This document shows positions 19,759 to 29,296 of a stretch of DNA of 64,000 bases, piece after piece (within the stretch, counting starts at the first letter, position 1; the number at the start of each line of letters is the position of its first letter). A model generated the notes under the pieces. That model searched no databases. It saw only the letters and a list, made by a program, of their open reading frames with translations, and was not told the DNA's origin. The position numbers and the translations under genes were made by a program. This DNA comes from Candidatus Doudnabacteria bacterium RIFCSPHIGHO2_02_FULL_42_25 (GTDB lineage Bacteria; Patescibacteriota; Doudnabacteria; UBA920; O2-02-FULL-48-8): positions 13,673 through 77,672 of the forward strand of contig MFEQ01000005.1 in NCBI GenBank assembly GCA_001777665.1. The letters are read 5' to 3'.

Positions 19759-20029
19759 GATCCGTCCTCCTTGACGTGCAAATAGTTTATAGCAAAACAG
19801 AACTTTTGAAAAGCATCAGCAAAAGTTTCATTTAGCAAACGGTTCCACTGAGTTTATCAAAATATCTAAAGGGGAGAGAAAAATAATTTAGAATTTAAAA
19901 TGCAGAATTTAAAATGTAGGAACAGTAAATAGGCTTAAGGGACTAGTAAGGATACCTAGAGAAGAGGCTCAAAAAGGCCTTATTTAGAGATAGTGAGCTC
20001 GTCGCACAATGTACCTTCTGCGTCGTGGT

Positions 20030-20426
20030 CTAAATCAAAACTGGCGAATTCTTATATTGTTTAGTATTTGTTCTTTTTATTGAATTCATTCTACTTCTGA
20101 TACCCATGAGCCTGGAATGATCTTCTGTTATATATTTTTCTTTTTTTATTTTCTTTTCATAAATCAAAATCAGTGCCTCGCACCAAAGTTCGAAGTCTCC
20201 CCTCTTTTTAGCTCGAAGTGGGTGAGTCTTAAAGAACGGCATAAGTTTACTAAACAAATCATCTATATTTTGGACGTAAAACTGAAGCGAAATAGGGTGT
20301 CCATCTAAAATATTTTGGTTGATTGGGTCTGTTTAGTTTATTTTCACTTCTATAAGCCAAATAGAAACAACCTTCGCCATCCACGAAGCCGGAAACGTAA
20401 TCTCCAGGTAAGTTATCTGACTGCAT
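20030..20426 (-). pseudogene. Free-standing LAGLIDADG homing endonuclease gene interrupted by one frameshift
   Basis: Minus-strand ATG at 20426 gives MQSDNLPGDYVSGFVDGEGCFYLAYRSENKLNRPNQPKYFRWTPYFAS, which carries the LAGLIDADG-type motif GFVDGEGCF. A frame change near 20255-20285 leads into track ORF 20030..20257 (..IDDLFSKLMPFFKTHPLRAKKRGDFELWCEALILIYEKK..), the typical C-terminal half of single-motif LAGLIDADG enzymes. Confidence 0.6.
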
Positions 20427-20533
20427 ATCACAATTTTAACACTTACTGCTTGAGTTTGCACTGCCCTAACCTATCATGTCATTAAATCTGGCGCGATCGA
20501 TTTTCGAAATTCAAAATATATAATTCAAAATTC

Positions 20534-20560
20534 AAAAGCCGACCTATGGTCGGCTTTTGC
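20534..20560. terminator. Hairpin terminator (AGCCGACC-TAT-GGTCGGCT + T-run) downstream of the minus-strand kinase gene
   Basis: 8-bp perfect inverted repeat with T runs on both strands. Confidence 0.4.
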
Positions 20561-20566
20561 TCTCCC

Positions 20567-21445
20567 CTATTTTTGGATTAGGTCAGGGGACTTAGCTAGT
20601 AATTTATTCAAAGTATTGTATCTAAACTGTTGCAGCTTTGGTAGCTCATGCATTCTAACAGTAAACCAAATTCCTTTAGTTAAATTAAATTCGTATTCAT
20701 AATCTGACGGCCTAGGAAGTCCATGACTGTTATACAAGTCAGCCACGGTTTTTTTAAATTTAGAGACTTGGTCTTCGGTGAATTTATAGACACGATAGAA
20801 TTCGTCATCAGCCTTTTCAGGAAACCAGTTCTGAATTGTGAGAAAAGCACCAATGTCGTAGCCGACAGGCCCTAGAAACGAGTCTTCTAAATCAATGATA
20901 CCTTTAGGGTAGATATTGAAGGGAGTAAGATCGCCGTGTTGTATAGCGAACGGAAATTTTTCTAAATTTTGCTCCGCTCGTTTATAGGTTTCCAAAATTT
21001 CTTTTTCTAAATGAGGTAGTTCACGTATGATTATATCCAAATGGATTCCATGTCGAAACTCATCCCAATCTTTATTTTCGACAATCGTTTGGACTTGAGC
21101 TTCCGCATAAATTTTTAAAATATGCAGAAATGTTTCAAATGATTCATCTAGCACATAGCCAGTTGATTCTGTTTCCTGTTTGAAAATTTCTCCGAAATGA
21201 AGGGAGCCTAGTGATTCCTCAACAAAGTAGGACATGTCCTGATACTCCCCTTCTTCCAACACGCGAGCAAGAGGAAAACCAACCTTTACCATCTGTTTAT
21301 GCAATTCCAAATCCAAACCTATTTTTTCGATACTTCCAATTCGAAGATATGTAGAATCACTTCTGTAAATAGCAGTACCACTACGCTGCTCACGAACCAA
21401 ATTATAGTTAATTCTATTTATTGTTATAGTACTTGGGTATTTCAT
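20567..21445 (-). CDS. Aminoglycoside/choline-kinase-like phosphotransferase (APH family)
   Basis: Catalytic-loop HGDLTPFNIY (HGDLHPGN type) and the DFG-like IDLEDSFLGPVGYDIGAF. Confidence 0.6.
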   Translation of the reverse strand: MKYPSTITINRINYNLVREQRSGTAIYRSDSTYLRIGSIEKIGLDLELHKQMVKVGFPLARVLEEGEYQDMSYFVEESLGSLHFGEIFKQETESTGYVLDESFETFLHILKIYAEAQVQTIVENKDWDEFRHGIHLDIIIRELPHLEKEILETYKRAEQNLEKFPFAIQHGDLTPFNIYPKGIIDLEDSFLGPVGYDIGAFLTIQNWFPEKADDEFYRVYKFTEDQVSKFKKTVADLYNSHGLPRPSDYEYEFNLTKGIWFTVRMHELPKLQQFRYNTLNKLLAKSPDLIQK

Positions 21446-23199
21446 TACGCTCCATTAAAGCCGCCAGCTTGGATTTCCCAAAGTTTTTGGTATGTCCCCT
21501 GTTTTGCTTTGACTAATTCTTCGTGCTTACCTTCTTCTATGACTTTTCCATCTTCAATAACGATTATTCTATCCATCCTCATAATGGTTGAGAGGCGGTG
21601 AGCTATAACAATAGTTGTTTTACCTTCCATAAGTGTTTTAAGTGCATCCTGAATGAATATTTCTGACTCCGAATCCAAACTGCTGGTGGCCTCATCTAGG
21701 ACAAGAATCGGTGCATTTTTGAGAATCGCTCGAGCAATAGCAACCCTTTGCCTTTCCCCTCCGGAGAGCTTAACTCCCCTTTCCCCAACAAAAGTATCGT
21801 AGCCTTGAGGAAAATTCGAAATAAACTCATGACAGTGGGCATATTTGGAAGCCTTAATTACTTCCTCCTCTGTTGCAGAAGGTTTTCCATATCGGATATT
21901 TTCCAGCAATGACCTATGAAAAAGCACTGGATCTTGTGGGACCAATCCAATTTGCCGCCTCAAGCTATCTTGTTTAACCTTCGAAATGTCCTGACCATCT
22001 ATAAGAATTCTGCCCGATTGGAGATCAAAAAATCTAAAAAGCAATTTAACTATAGTAGATTTTCCACCACCTGAAGGACCTATCAAAGCAACTTTTTGTT
22101 TTTCTTGAATTCGTAAATTAAAGTTTGTAAAAACTTCTTGTTCATTGTAAGCAAAGCTTACTCTATCAAACTGGATCGTTCCTTGCTTGATTTTTAAATT
22201 CGTGGAATCATAACCATCCTTAACTTCGTGAGGAGTATTTAATATCACCGTCATTTCAGCAGCATCCGCTAAGGCCTCATATATCTTTTGAATGTTTTTG
22301 CCAATGTTCCAGAATTTTTCGAATATCCGACCCAAATATGCTTGAACTAATGCAAATCCACCAATGCTCATTAATCCCTGCTGCCATTGACTAATAGCGT
22401 AGTACATTACACCGAATTCCAAAAGAATTACTAACGTTCCCTGAAAAATTTCTGCATGATTGGCTAGATCCCAACTCTTCTTCCTCATTTCGTAAAGCTC
22501 TTGGGTAATGCCCCGAAAAGTCTTAAGCTCTTTAGAATTTGAAGTAAATATTTTTAGGTTAATGTTATTCGTTATTGTGTCTGCCAGTTGAGCTGTTGTT
22601 TTAGTGTCTTGAGAGGCGCGTTTCAGATCAAATTTCAATTTATATCTGTTAAAAAACACAGTAAAGGTAAGATAAATAAGTGACCAGCCGAGCACAATAA
22701 AACCGATCATGGGGTTAAACACCAAAGTGGCTGCGATGATACTTATAGTTATTAAGATAGTTCGCCCGATATCCAGATATGCCTGATCTGCAATAGTTTC
22801 GAAGGAATTTTGGTACCTTCTAACCTTAGTTACTAAACTACCAACAAAGTTGTCTGTAAAAAATCTATAGGAATGATTTTGGATGTATTCATAACAAGTA
22901 TTTAAGAGGTCAGACATCACACGAGGTTGAAAAAAGTTACTCACATACAAAACCCCTCTCCAAGCAGAGTAATTAAAGAAGTTCAATAACAATATTAAAA
23001 ATATAGTACTAATTAATGGGCTTGTATTTGCAGGATCGGTTACAACTAACTGGTCAAAAAATCTTTTGTAAAAAAATGGTTTTATTACATCAAATGCAAC
23101 CAAAGCTAATGTGCCTATGAATAAAACAAAAACCACTCCCTTGTACTTCATGGAGTGTTGCCAATATATCTTAAGAGTCTGCTTTGTTTGTGATTGCAT
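21445..23199 (-). CDS. ABC exporter, fused permease-ATPase (MsbA/MdlB type)
   Basis: 6-TM N-domain, Walker A GPSGGGKST, LSGGERQRVAIARA, Walker B ILVLDEATS. Confidence 0.85.
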   Translation of the reverse strand: MQSQTKQTLKIYWQHSMKYKGVVFVLFIGTLALVAFDVIKPFFYKRFFDQLVVTDPANTSPLISTIFLILLLNFFNYSAWRGVLYVSNFFQPRVMSDLLNTCYEYIQNHSYRFFTDNFVGSLVTKVRRYQNSFETIADQAYLDIGRTILITISIIAATLVFNPMIGFIVLGWSLIYLTFTVFFNRYKLKFDLKRASQDTKTTAQLADTITNNINLKIFTSNSKELKTFRGITQELYEMRKKSWDLANHAEIFQGTLVILLEFGVMYYAISQWQQGLMSIGGFALVQAYLGRIFEKFWNIGKNIQKIYEALADAAEMTVILNTPHEVKDGYDSTNLKIKQGTIQFDRVSFAYNEQEVFTNFNLRIQEKQKVALIGPSGGGKSTIVKLLFRFFDLQSGRILIDGQDISKVKQDSLRRQIGLVPQDPVLFHRSLLENIRYGKPSATEEEVIKASKYAHCHEFISNFPQGYDTFVGERGVKLSGGERQRVAIARAILKNAPILVLDEATSSLDSESEIFIQDALKTLMEGKTTIVIAHRLSTIMRMDRIIVIEDGKVIEEGKHEELVKAKQGTYQKLWEIQAGGFNGA

Positions 23200-23301
23200 G
23201 CCTTAGTATAGACGGATTGCTTGGGCTTTATGTTTCAAGCCCAATATATATTATAACAAAAAAAACACGGGCATTGCCGCGTTTTTATATAACTCTTTGC
23301 T

Positions 23302-24609
23302 TTATAAGAAATCTAGAGGATTATACGGTGCACCATACGGGACTTTGTAAGCCCCATAGAGGTCTTGGCGAGCGCCATCGGCTATGTCAAATCCCCTAGC
23401 GTCAAAAACAGTGAAATGGAGATGATATCCGCGATGTGGACCATAAAGAAGTCTTGTTGTATTCCCAGTATTCCCTTCAAATCCAACCAAATCCCCCATC
23501 TCGACAGATTGGCCAGTCTTCATACGGAAGCTGCTCATATGCGCATAAAGCGTAATAATTTCTTTACCAGCAAACTTTCCTGTACTGTGCTTGATCGCGA
23601 CCCAGTTGCCATACGCGCCATTTCCTGTACCTGTCGCTTGGACCACTCCATCTGCAGCTGCATAAATTGGCGTTCCTGCGGGTGCTGCGATATCTATTCC
23701 ATTATGATAACTATAACCAAGTTTGGTAAATCCAGTGTTGCCGTAACCTTGTGTTAAGGTACCTTTCATGGGCCAAGCCAGTAACCCCCTCTCGGCTTTG
23801 AGTCTCGACTTGCCAAGCTTAGCTGCAATTTGACTATCTAAATCATTAATTTCTTTTTCCAAAGCATCTTCCAACTTTTCTTGTTCAGTTAATAACCGCT
23901 GGAAAGCTCTTTCCTGTCCACGGGTTTGATCCAAGACTTGTTGTTTGGCTCGCTGTTGTCCCACTAAACTAGTTTTGGCCAAATCCAAACTCTCTCGAAG
24001 TTGGTCTAGTTTGGCTTTTTCACTTTTCAACGCTGCCTGACGGATTTCTAATTCCGCTTCCAGCTGCTTGATTTTCGTTAATGTTTCCTGACTCTGTTGT
24101 TGAATCGTAGAAATATACTGGACTTGGTCCAAAAACTGATCAAAATTGTCATTCTCCAAAGCGATTTCCAAAGGACTGCGCTGGTCCATGTCATTGATAT
24201 CTGCAATCAGAGCTTTCAAAATAGTTTTCTGATCTTTGATGTCGGCTTGAGTCTGGATAATCTTATCCGTCACATCAGCGATTTCAATATTTGTGACCTC
24301 AATCTTTGTTTCAGTAACTTCGATTTGGGCTTCAGTTTGGGCAATTTCCAAGTTCAATGATTTGATCTGGTTGGCTAAAGTTTTGGCTTCAGCTTGGACT
24401 TCTTTGATTTCCGTTTGGTACTGTCCGATTTTTCTTTCTATGTCAGCTAGCTTGGCTTGTTTGTCAGCTTTTTGTTTCTGCAGTTCATCTGCTGTTTGAG
24501 CAGTCGTGTGAGGATTTACAGACATGATTATAACAACACTAGCAATCAGTAATGCTGAAAATAGTGTCTTGATTTTGTTAGTATTTTGTTTCGAGTTCTT
24601 GTAGAACAT
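23302..24609 (-). CDS. M23/LytM peptidase with a long N-terminal coiled coil (EnvC-like)
   Basis: Signal/TM, about 250 aa of heptad-rich coiled coil, then LytM (HNGIDIAAPAGTPIYAAADG...HLHF). EnvC-type architecture. ftsEX is 10 kb upstream. Confidence 0.8.
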   Translation of the reverse strand: MFYKNSKQNTNKIKTLFSALLIASVVIIMSVNPHTTAQTADELQKQKADKQAKLADIERKIGQYQTEIKEVQAEAKTLANQIKSLNLEIAQTEAQIEVTETKIEVTNIEIADVTDKIIQTQADIKDQKTILKALIADINDMDQRSPLEIALENDNFDQFLDQVQYISTIQQQSQETLTKIKQLEAELEIRQAALKSEKAKLDQLRESLDLAKTSLVGQQRAKQQVLDQTRGQERAFQRLLTEQEKLEDALEKEINDLDSQIAAKLGKSRLKAERGLLAWPMKGTLTQGYGNTGFTKLGYSYHNGIDIAAPAGTPIYAAADGVVQATGTGNGAYGNWVAIKHSTGKFAGKEIITLYAHMSSFRMKTGQSVEMGDLVGFEGNTGNTTRLLYGPHRGYHLHFTVFDARGFDIADGARQDLYGAYKVPYGAPYNPLDFL

Positions 24610-24652
24610 TCTGACGTTATTGTATCATTTTAACGCCAAAATGTCAATAAAG

Positions 24653-26107
24653 TTACAACGATGAAATTGCCTTATTTATTCGATTCAAAATTAGTTCTTT
24701 GCCGTTTGGTAGAACCATAAAGGTGTCCATTATTTCAAACGGACCTGGAGATGCTTCCATGCCGGTCAAGGCAACGCGCAAGGGCCATAACACTTCACCG
24801 GTTTTAAGATTATTTTCTTCTATAAACTTTTTAATACTGTCTTCAGATACTTCTTGGGACCTAATGTGCTCATATGTGGAGGATAGGTTCCTCTTAATAT
24901 TTTCTTTAGATGCTTTTTTCCAGATGAGTAATTTAGGATCATATTCCGGGTCGCTAAAAAAGTATTTGACCCTCTCCCCTATCTCGGAAAGTTTTTTTAA
25001 TCTCTCTCTTTCTAATTCTAAAATTTTATATATAAAAGATTTTGGTTTTGTTTCAGCCTCTGGCAAGAACAAAAGAATTTTATCATAAAGCTCTTTGACA
25101 TCCATTTTGCGAATGTACATGCCATTGATCCAGTCCAGTTTATCCAGATCAAACACCGCCCCTGATTTGTTTACTTTGCCAAAGGAAAACTGCTCGACTA
25201 GTTCATCGATCGTGAAAATTTCCTGCTCTGTTTTCGGATTCCAGCCCAGGAAAACCACAAAGTTAATCAGTGCTTCGGGTAGATAGCCTTGTTTCAAAAA
25301 GTCTTTAACCGCAACGTCACCGTCTCTTTTAGATAATTTCTTTTTTGATTTTGAGAGAAGGAGTGGTAGATGTGCAAATTGCGGCTGATCCCATTCAAAC
25401 GCTGCATAAAGAAGTATATGCTTCGGTGTCGATGGTATCCATTCTTCACCACGGATGACATGGCTGATTTTCATCAAATGATCATCCACGACACTCGCCA
25501 AATGATAGGTTGGGTATCCGTCAGATTTGAGAAGCACCTGATCATCGACATCGTTACTCGAGATGGAAATTTCGCCATGAACCATGTCTGTGAACGTGAT
25601 GGTTTGATCAGCCGGCACATTCAGACGCACCACATGCTTTTCCTGATTTAAAAGTTTTTGATTTACTTCTTCTGGGGTCAATTTCAAACAGTGCTTGTCG
25701 TACTTCGGTGGCTGATGCGCGGCTTCCTGGGTATTTCGAAGCTCCTCTAATCTTTCAGGGGTACAAAAGCAATAATAAGCATGTTTGTTTTTTACTAATT
25801 CCCCTGCATGCTTTGAATACAAACTTAATCTTTCTGATTGTTGATACGGTCCAAAATCCCCACGAACTTTTACTCCGTTATTCCAGTAAGGACCTTCATC
25901 TGAAGTTAAACCCAGTTCGTGAAGCGTTTGGACGATATTGTCTAGCGCACCAGGCACAGTTCGAGCCTTGTCTGTATCTTCAATTCGAAGAATGTAAGTC
26001 CCTTTATTTTTTTTGGCAAATAAGTAATCGTAGAGCGCTGTCCGCAATCCACCTACGTGTAAATTTCCCGTTGGACTAGGTCCAAATCTTACTCTAATTT
26101 GTGACAT
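24653..26107 (-). CDS. gltX: Glutamyl-tRNA synthetase
   Basis: HIGH-type PSPTGNLHVGG and KLSKR (KKLSKRDG). Confidence 0.9.
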   Translation of the reverse strand: MSQIRVRFGPSPTGNLHVGGLRTALYDYLFAKKNKGTYILRIEDTDKARTVPGALDNIVQTLHELGLTSDEGPYWNNGVKVRGDFGPYQQSERLSLYSKHAGELVKNKHAYYCFCTPERLEELRNTQEAAHQPPKYDKHCLKLTPEEVNQKLLNQEKHVVRLNVPADQTITFTDMVHGEISISSNDVDDQVLLKSDGYPTYHLASVVDDHLMKISHVIRGEEWIPSTPKHILLYAAFEWDQPQFAHLPLLLSKSKKKLSKRDGDVAVKDFLKQGYLPEALINFVVFLGWNPKTEQEIFTIDELVEQFSFGKVNKSGAVFDLDKLDWINGMYIRKMDVKELYDKILLFLPEAETKPKSFIYKILELERERLKKLSEIGERVKYFFSDPEYDPKLLIWKKASKENIKRNLSSTYEHIRSQEVSEDSIKKFIEENNLKTGEVLWPLRVALTGMEASPGPFEIMDTFMVLPNGKELILNRINKAISSL

Positions 26108-26882
26108 GGTTTTTCTTATACATATAAATTTTCCAAATAAAAACTGGAATTGCGTTCCACATTCGCTTTATCCGCCAGGGTTGTGTGATTAAACGCCACA
26201 GCCATTCTAAGCCTATGGTACGCATAAATTGAGGCGGCAGCAGTCGTTTACCTGCGATATAGTCAAATGTACCGCCCAACCCCATTGCCAGTTTGACGTT
26301 GAGTTTTTGTAGATTCGCTGCTATCCATTTTTCCTGCTTTGGCGGCGAATAGGCTATGAGTAGTATATCAGAATTACTAGCCGCAATCTCTTGAATAATT
26401 TTCTCATCAAACGGTCGACCCGAGAGCGCTAAATTCACTTTCAGGTTAGGATACAACTTTTTTAATTCATAAGCTGATTGGGCAGCGACATTCCCCTCTC
26501 CTCCAACCAATGCTAGAGAAAAATTATTCTCTGCAGCCAGACGAACTAAATCATACACGAATAGACTGCCTGTGATCTGCTCCTGGATCACTGATCGAAT
26601 ATACGGACGATTAAAAATAATTGCAAAAAGTGTTTTGAGTAGAGAATCACTGCTATGTAAATACTTCGACGCCCAGAGCACCCCAATTCCGTCAGGAAGA
26701 GCAAGTGCCGCTCCATTCAAAGTTTTTTTATACTCTTCGTCTTCAAGTGCGAACACAATCTGCTCTGAATACGGTGTCACTAAGTAACATAACTTTTGCG
26801 ATCGCAATAATTGTGTAACGTAGTCTAAGACTTCCCGCTTCGACAAATTATCTATGAGTATTCCCGCAACGTTGATTTTCAT
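26094..26882 (-). CDS. WecB/TagA/CpsF-family glycosyltransferase
   Basis: Family pattern (TPYSEQIV...LPDGIGVLWASK). Overlaps gltX by 14 nt. Confidence 0.7.
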   Translation of the reverse strand: MKINVAGILIDNLSKREVLDYVTQLLRSQKLCYLVTPYSEQIVFALEDEEYKKTLNGAALALPDGIGVLWASKYLHSSDSLLKTLFAIIFNRPYIRSVIQEQITGSLFVYDLVRLAAENNFSLALVGGEGNVAAQSAYELKKLYPNLKVNLALSGRPFDEKIIQEIAASNSDILLIAYSPPKQEKWIAANLQKLNVKLAMGLGGTFDYIAGKRLLPPQFMRTIGLEWLWRLITQPWRIKRMWNAIPVFIWKIYMYKKNHVTN

Positions 26883-26940
26883 GCTAGAATTATAGCATAT
26901 GGTTGTTTAGAAATTAGTATTTAGAAATTGGAAATTTGCC

Positions 26941-27213
26941 ATGGAGATCAAGCGAGAGTTCAAAAAACAACCCGAGAAACATATCCACTCCCCTGCTCAC
27001 GCGTTGGCTGACGAACTCGCCGTAAAATTTTCTGATACCAAACACTTTGGATTTTATCTAAGAATGGCTCTGAAGTATGACCACAATTTTTTGCGCAGAC
27101 TGGCGGGCGAAGTCATAGAACAGAAAGCCAAAAAACCAGGTGCTCTCTTCGCCTTTTTAATTAAAAAGCATAACGATGAAAATCGTCACGATTCCGAATC
27201 CAATCCTATATAA
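26941..27213 (+). CDS. Hypothetical protein
   Basis: ORF track only. Overlaps the def start by 38 nt. Confidence 0.3.
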   Translation: MEIKREFKKQPEKHIHSPAHALADELAVKFSDTKHFGFYLRMALKYDHNFLRRLAGEVIEQKAKKPGALFAFLIKKHNDENRHDSESNPI

Positions 27214-27649
27214 AAAAACTGAACTGATCAAAAAATTTGATCGAAGTCTTGCTGATTTGGTCGAAAAAATGATTGAGACATGCAGGGCTGCAAATGGGAT
27301 CGGACTCGCAGCTCCACAAATAGGTAAATCAATCCGTCTCTGCGTGATCAACCTCGAGCATATGGGTATGCCTCCCTTTGCGCTGGTCAATCCGAAGATT
27401 ACAAAAAAATCCTGGCGGAAAATAGAAATGGAAGAAGGCTGTCTCTCCATCCCAGGTATTTATGGCATCGTCAAACGACCAGCAAAAATCACAGTCGAAG
27501 CTTTGAATCTGGAAGGTGAAAAAAGTAAGTTCGAAGCCGATGGATTATTGGCACGAGTTATACAACACGAGGTTGATCACCTCGATGGAATTTTATTTAC
27601 TTCTAAAATTATCAAAGAGACATCGGGCAAACCCGATGAAAAAATGTGA
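27176..27649 (+). CDS. def: Peptide deformylase
   Basis: GIGLAAPQIG, EGCLSIPG and HEVDHL motifs. Confidence 0.9.
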   Translation: MKIVTIPNPILYKKTELIKKFDRSLADLVEKMIETCRAANGIGLAAPQIGKSIRLCVINLEHMGMPPFALVNPKITKKSWRKIEMEEGCLSIPGIYGIVKRPAKITVEALNLEGEKSKFEADGLLARVIQHEVDHLDGILFTSKIIKETSGKPDEKM

Positions 27650-28560
27650 AAATAATCTTTGCTGGAACTTCCAAATTTGGGATCCCAACTCTGGAAAAGC
27701 TCAAACATGAACACGAGCTTGTTTTGATAATTACCCAGCCAGACAAACCTGCTGGAAGGAATAAGACGATAACTCCATCTCCAGTGAAACTATGGGCGAC
27801 TCGCCACAATGTTTATGTGGAGCAGCCAGCACATATTTCAGATTTACTTCCCGTTATATCCCATTTAAACCCAGATCTGATGCTGGTGGTAGCGTATGGT
27901 CAAATAATTCCAAAAGTTATTTTGAATATTCCGAAATTCAAGTCGATAAATATTCACGGCTCACTTCTTCCCAAATATCGCGGAGCTTCCCCTGTCCAAG
28001 CAGCTATTTTAAATCAAGAAGAAAAAACCGGAATTACCCTGATCCAAATGGATGAAAAAATGGATCATGGACCTATCATCGCTCAGTCTCCATTGATGCT
28101 CACTGGTAGAGAAACTTTTGAGGAATTATACAAACACCTCGCTGACCTCTCCGCAGACATGGTCCCGAAGGTACTATCCGAATGGTTTGCTGGAAAAATC
28201 AATCCGCAAGTACAGAATGAGGAAAAGGCGACGTATACTAAATTACTAAACCGAAACGACGGCAAAATCAATTGGGCCCAATCCGCCAAAACAATTGATG
28301 CTCAAATCCGCGCACTGAATCCAGAACCAGGAACATGGACAACCCTAAATGGTAAAATTATTAAAGTGTTAAAAGCTCACATCATCAATGATGTAAAAAT
28401 TGAGCTTCCAGGAAAAATTCATTTGCATCAAGGCTTACCAGCTGTAAAAACCCTGGACGCGAGTTTGTTGATAGAAGAGATCCAACCAGAGGGCAAATCC
28501 CCCATGTCTGGCAAAGACTTTATCAACGGCTTAAAATCCGGCGGGAAATTGTTTATTTAG
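27646..28560 (+). CDS. fmt: Methionyl-tRNA formyltransferase
   Basis: Formyl-transferase N-domain (IIFAGTSKFG; HGSLLPKYRGASP) and the C-terminal domain. def-fmt synteny. Confidence 0.9.
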   Translation: MKIIFAGTSKFGIPTLEKLKHEHELVLIITQPDKPAGRNKTITPSPVKLWATRHNVYVEQPAHISDLLPVISHLNPDLMLVVAYGQIIPKVILNIPKFKSINIHGSLLPKYRGASPVQAAILNQEEKTGITLIQMDEKMDHGPIIAQSPLMLTGRETFEELYKHLADLSADMVPKVLSEWFAGKINPQVQNEEKATYTKLLNRNDGKINWAQSAKTIDAQIRALNPEPGTWTTLNGKIIKVLKAHIINDVKIELPGKIHLHQGLPAVKTLDASLLIEEIQPEGKSPMSGKDFINGLKSGGKLFI

Positions 28561-28568
28561 CTTTCTTG

Positions 28569-28599
28569 ACCTATTTGTACGATCGGACTAAATAGGTCA
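28569..28599. terminator. Hairpin (GACCTATTT-N13-AAATAGGTC) between convergent fmt and the SDR gene
   Basis: 9-bp perfect inverted repeat. No strong T-run. Confidence 0.3.
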
Positions 28600-28603
28600 T
28601 TAC

Positions 28604-29296
28604 TCAGGCTATCGAGCGCCCTCCGTCGACATACAAGATTTGACCCGTTACAAAGTCTGTATCCAATAAATATAAAACAGCCTTAGTGATTTCGTGAGCT
28701 CCTCCCCATTTTCCAAGAGGAGTATTTTTTAAGGCTTCTAGATTATCTTCGTCCGATAAATTCGCTGGTTTCAGGATAGGTCCCGGTGCTATTGCATTAA
28801 CTGCAATTTTTGGTGCTAATTCTTTGGCTAATGACTTAGTAAGTCCAATCACAGCACTTTTAGCAACATTGTAAGGTAAATAATCTTTGTACGGTTGATT
28901 TAATACTGACCAGTCAGCGATATGTATAATTTTACCTTCCACCATTTCGTCAGCCGCGGCTTTGCTCATGAGAAAAGCACTTTTGGCAATAGTGTTCATG
29001 GTGCTGTCCCAATCTTTTTCAGTTAAAGTTTTCCAAGGCTGGTTCGGATAATTCGCCGCCATGTAGACTAGCCCATCAATTTGTCCAAATTTCTTTTTTG
29101 TTTCTGCGACAACTTTTTTTGCATCTGCTTCTTTTGACAAATTCGCTTGGACATACAAAACATCATCACCCAAATCAGGTTTGGATGTAAAATATGTCAC
29201 TGCCAGTTTCGCTCCATTCGATTTCAATCCTTGAGCTACATCAAGTCCGATCCTCGCAGCCCCTGTTAAAATTATTACTTTATTCTTGAGGTCCAT
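28604..29296 (-). CDS. Short-chain dehydrogenase/reductase (SDR)
   Basis: Gly-rich NAD(P)-binding turn (ILTGAARIGL) and the YxxxK active site (YNVAKSA). Confidence 0.7.
   Translation of the reverse strand: MDLKNKVIILTGAARIGLDVAQGLKSNGAKLAVTYFTSKPDLGDDVLYVQANLSKEADAKKVVAETKKKFGQIDGLVYMAANYPNQPWKTLTEKDWDSTMNTIAKSAFLMSKAAADEMVEGKIIHIADWSVLNQPYKDYLPYNVAKSAVIGLTKSLAKELAPKIAVNAIAPGPILKPANLSDEDNLEALKNTPLGKWGGAHEITKAVLYLLDTDFVTGQILYVDGGRSIA

Noticed and set aside
20030-20426. Initial impression that the LAGLIDADG gene carried several frameshifts
   Set aside because: Re-reading the codons showed that the N-terminal 57 codons and the C-terminal 75 codons are each continuous. Only one frame change, near 20255-20285, separates them.
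23261-23290. Possible terminator hairpin between the M23 peptidase and ABC exporter genes
   Set aside because: Only a 3-bp stem can be drawn (ACACGGGCATTGCCGCGT). The flanking A and T runs alone are not convincing.
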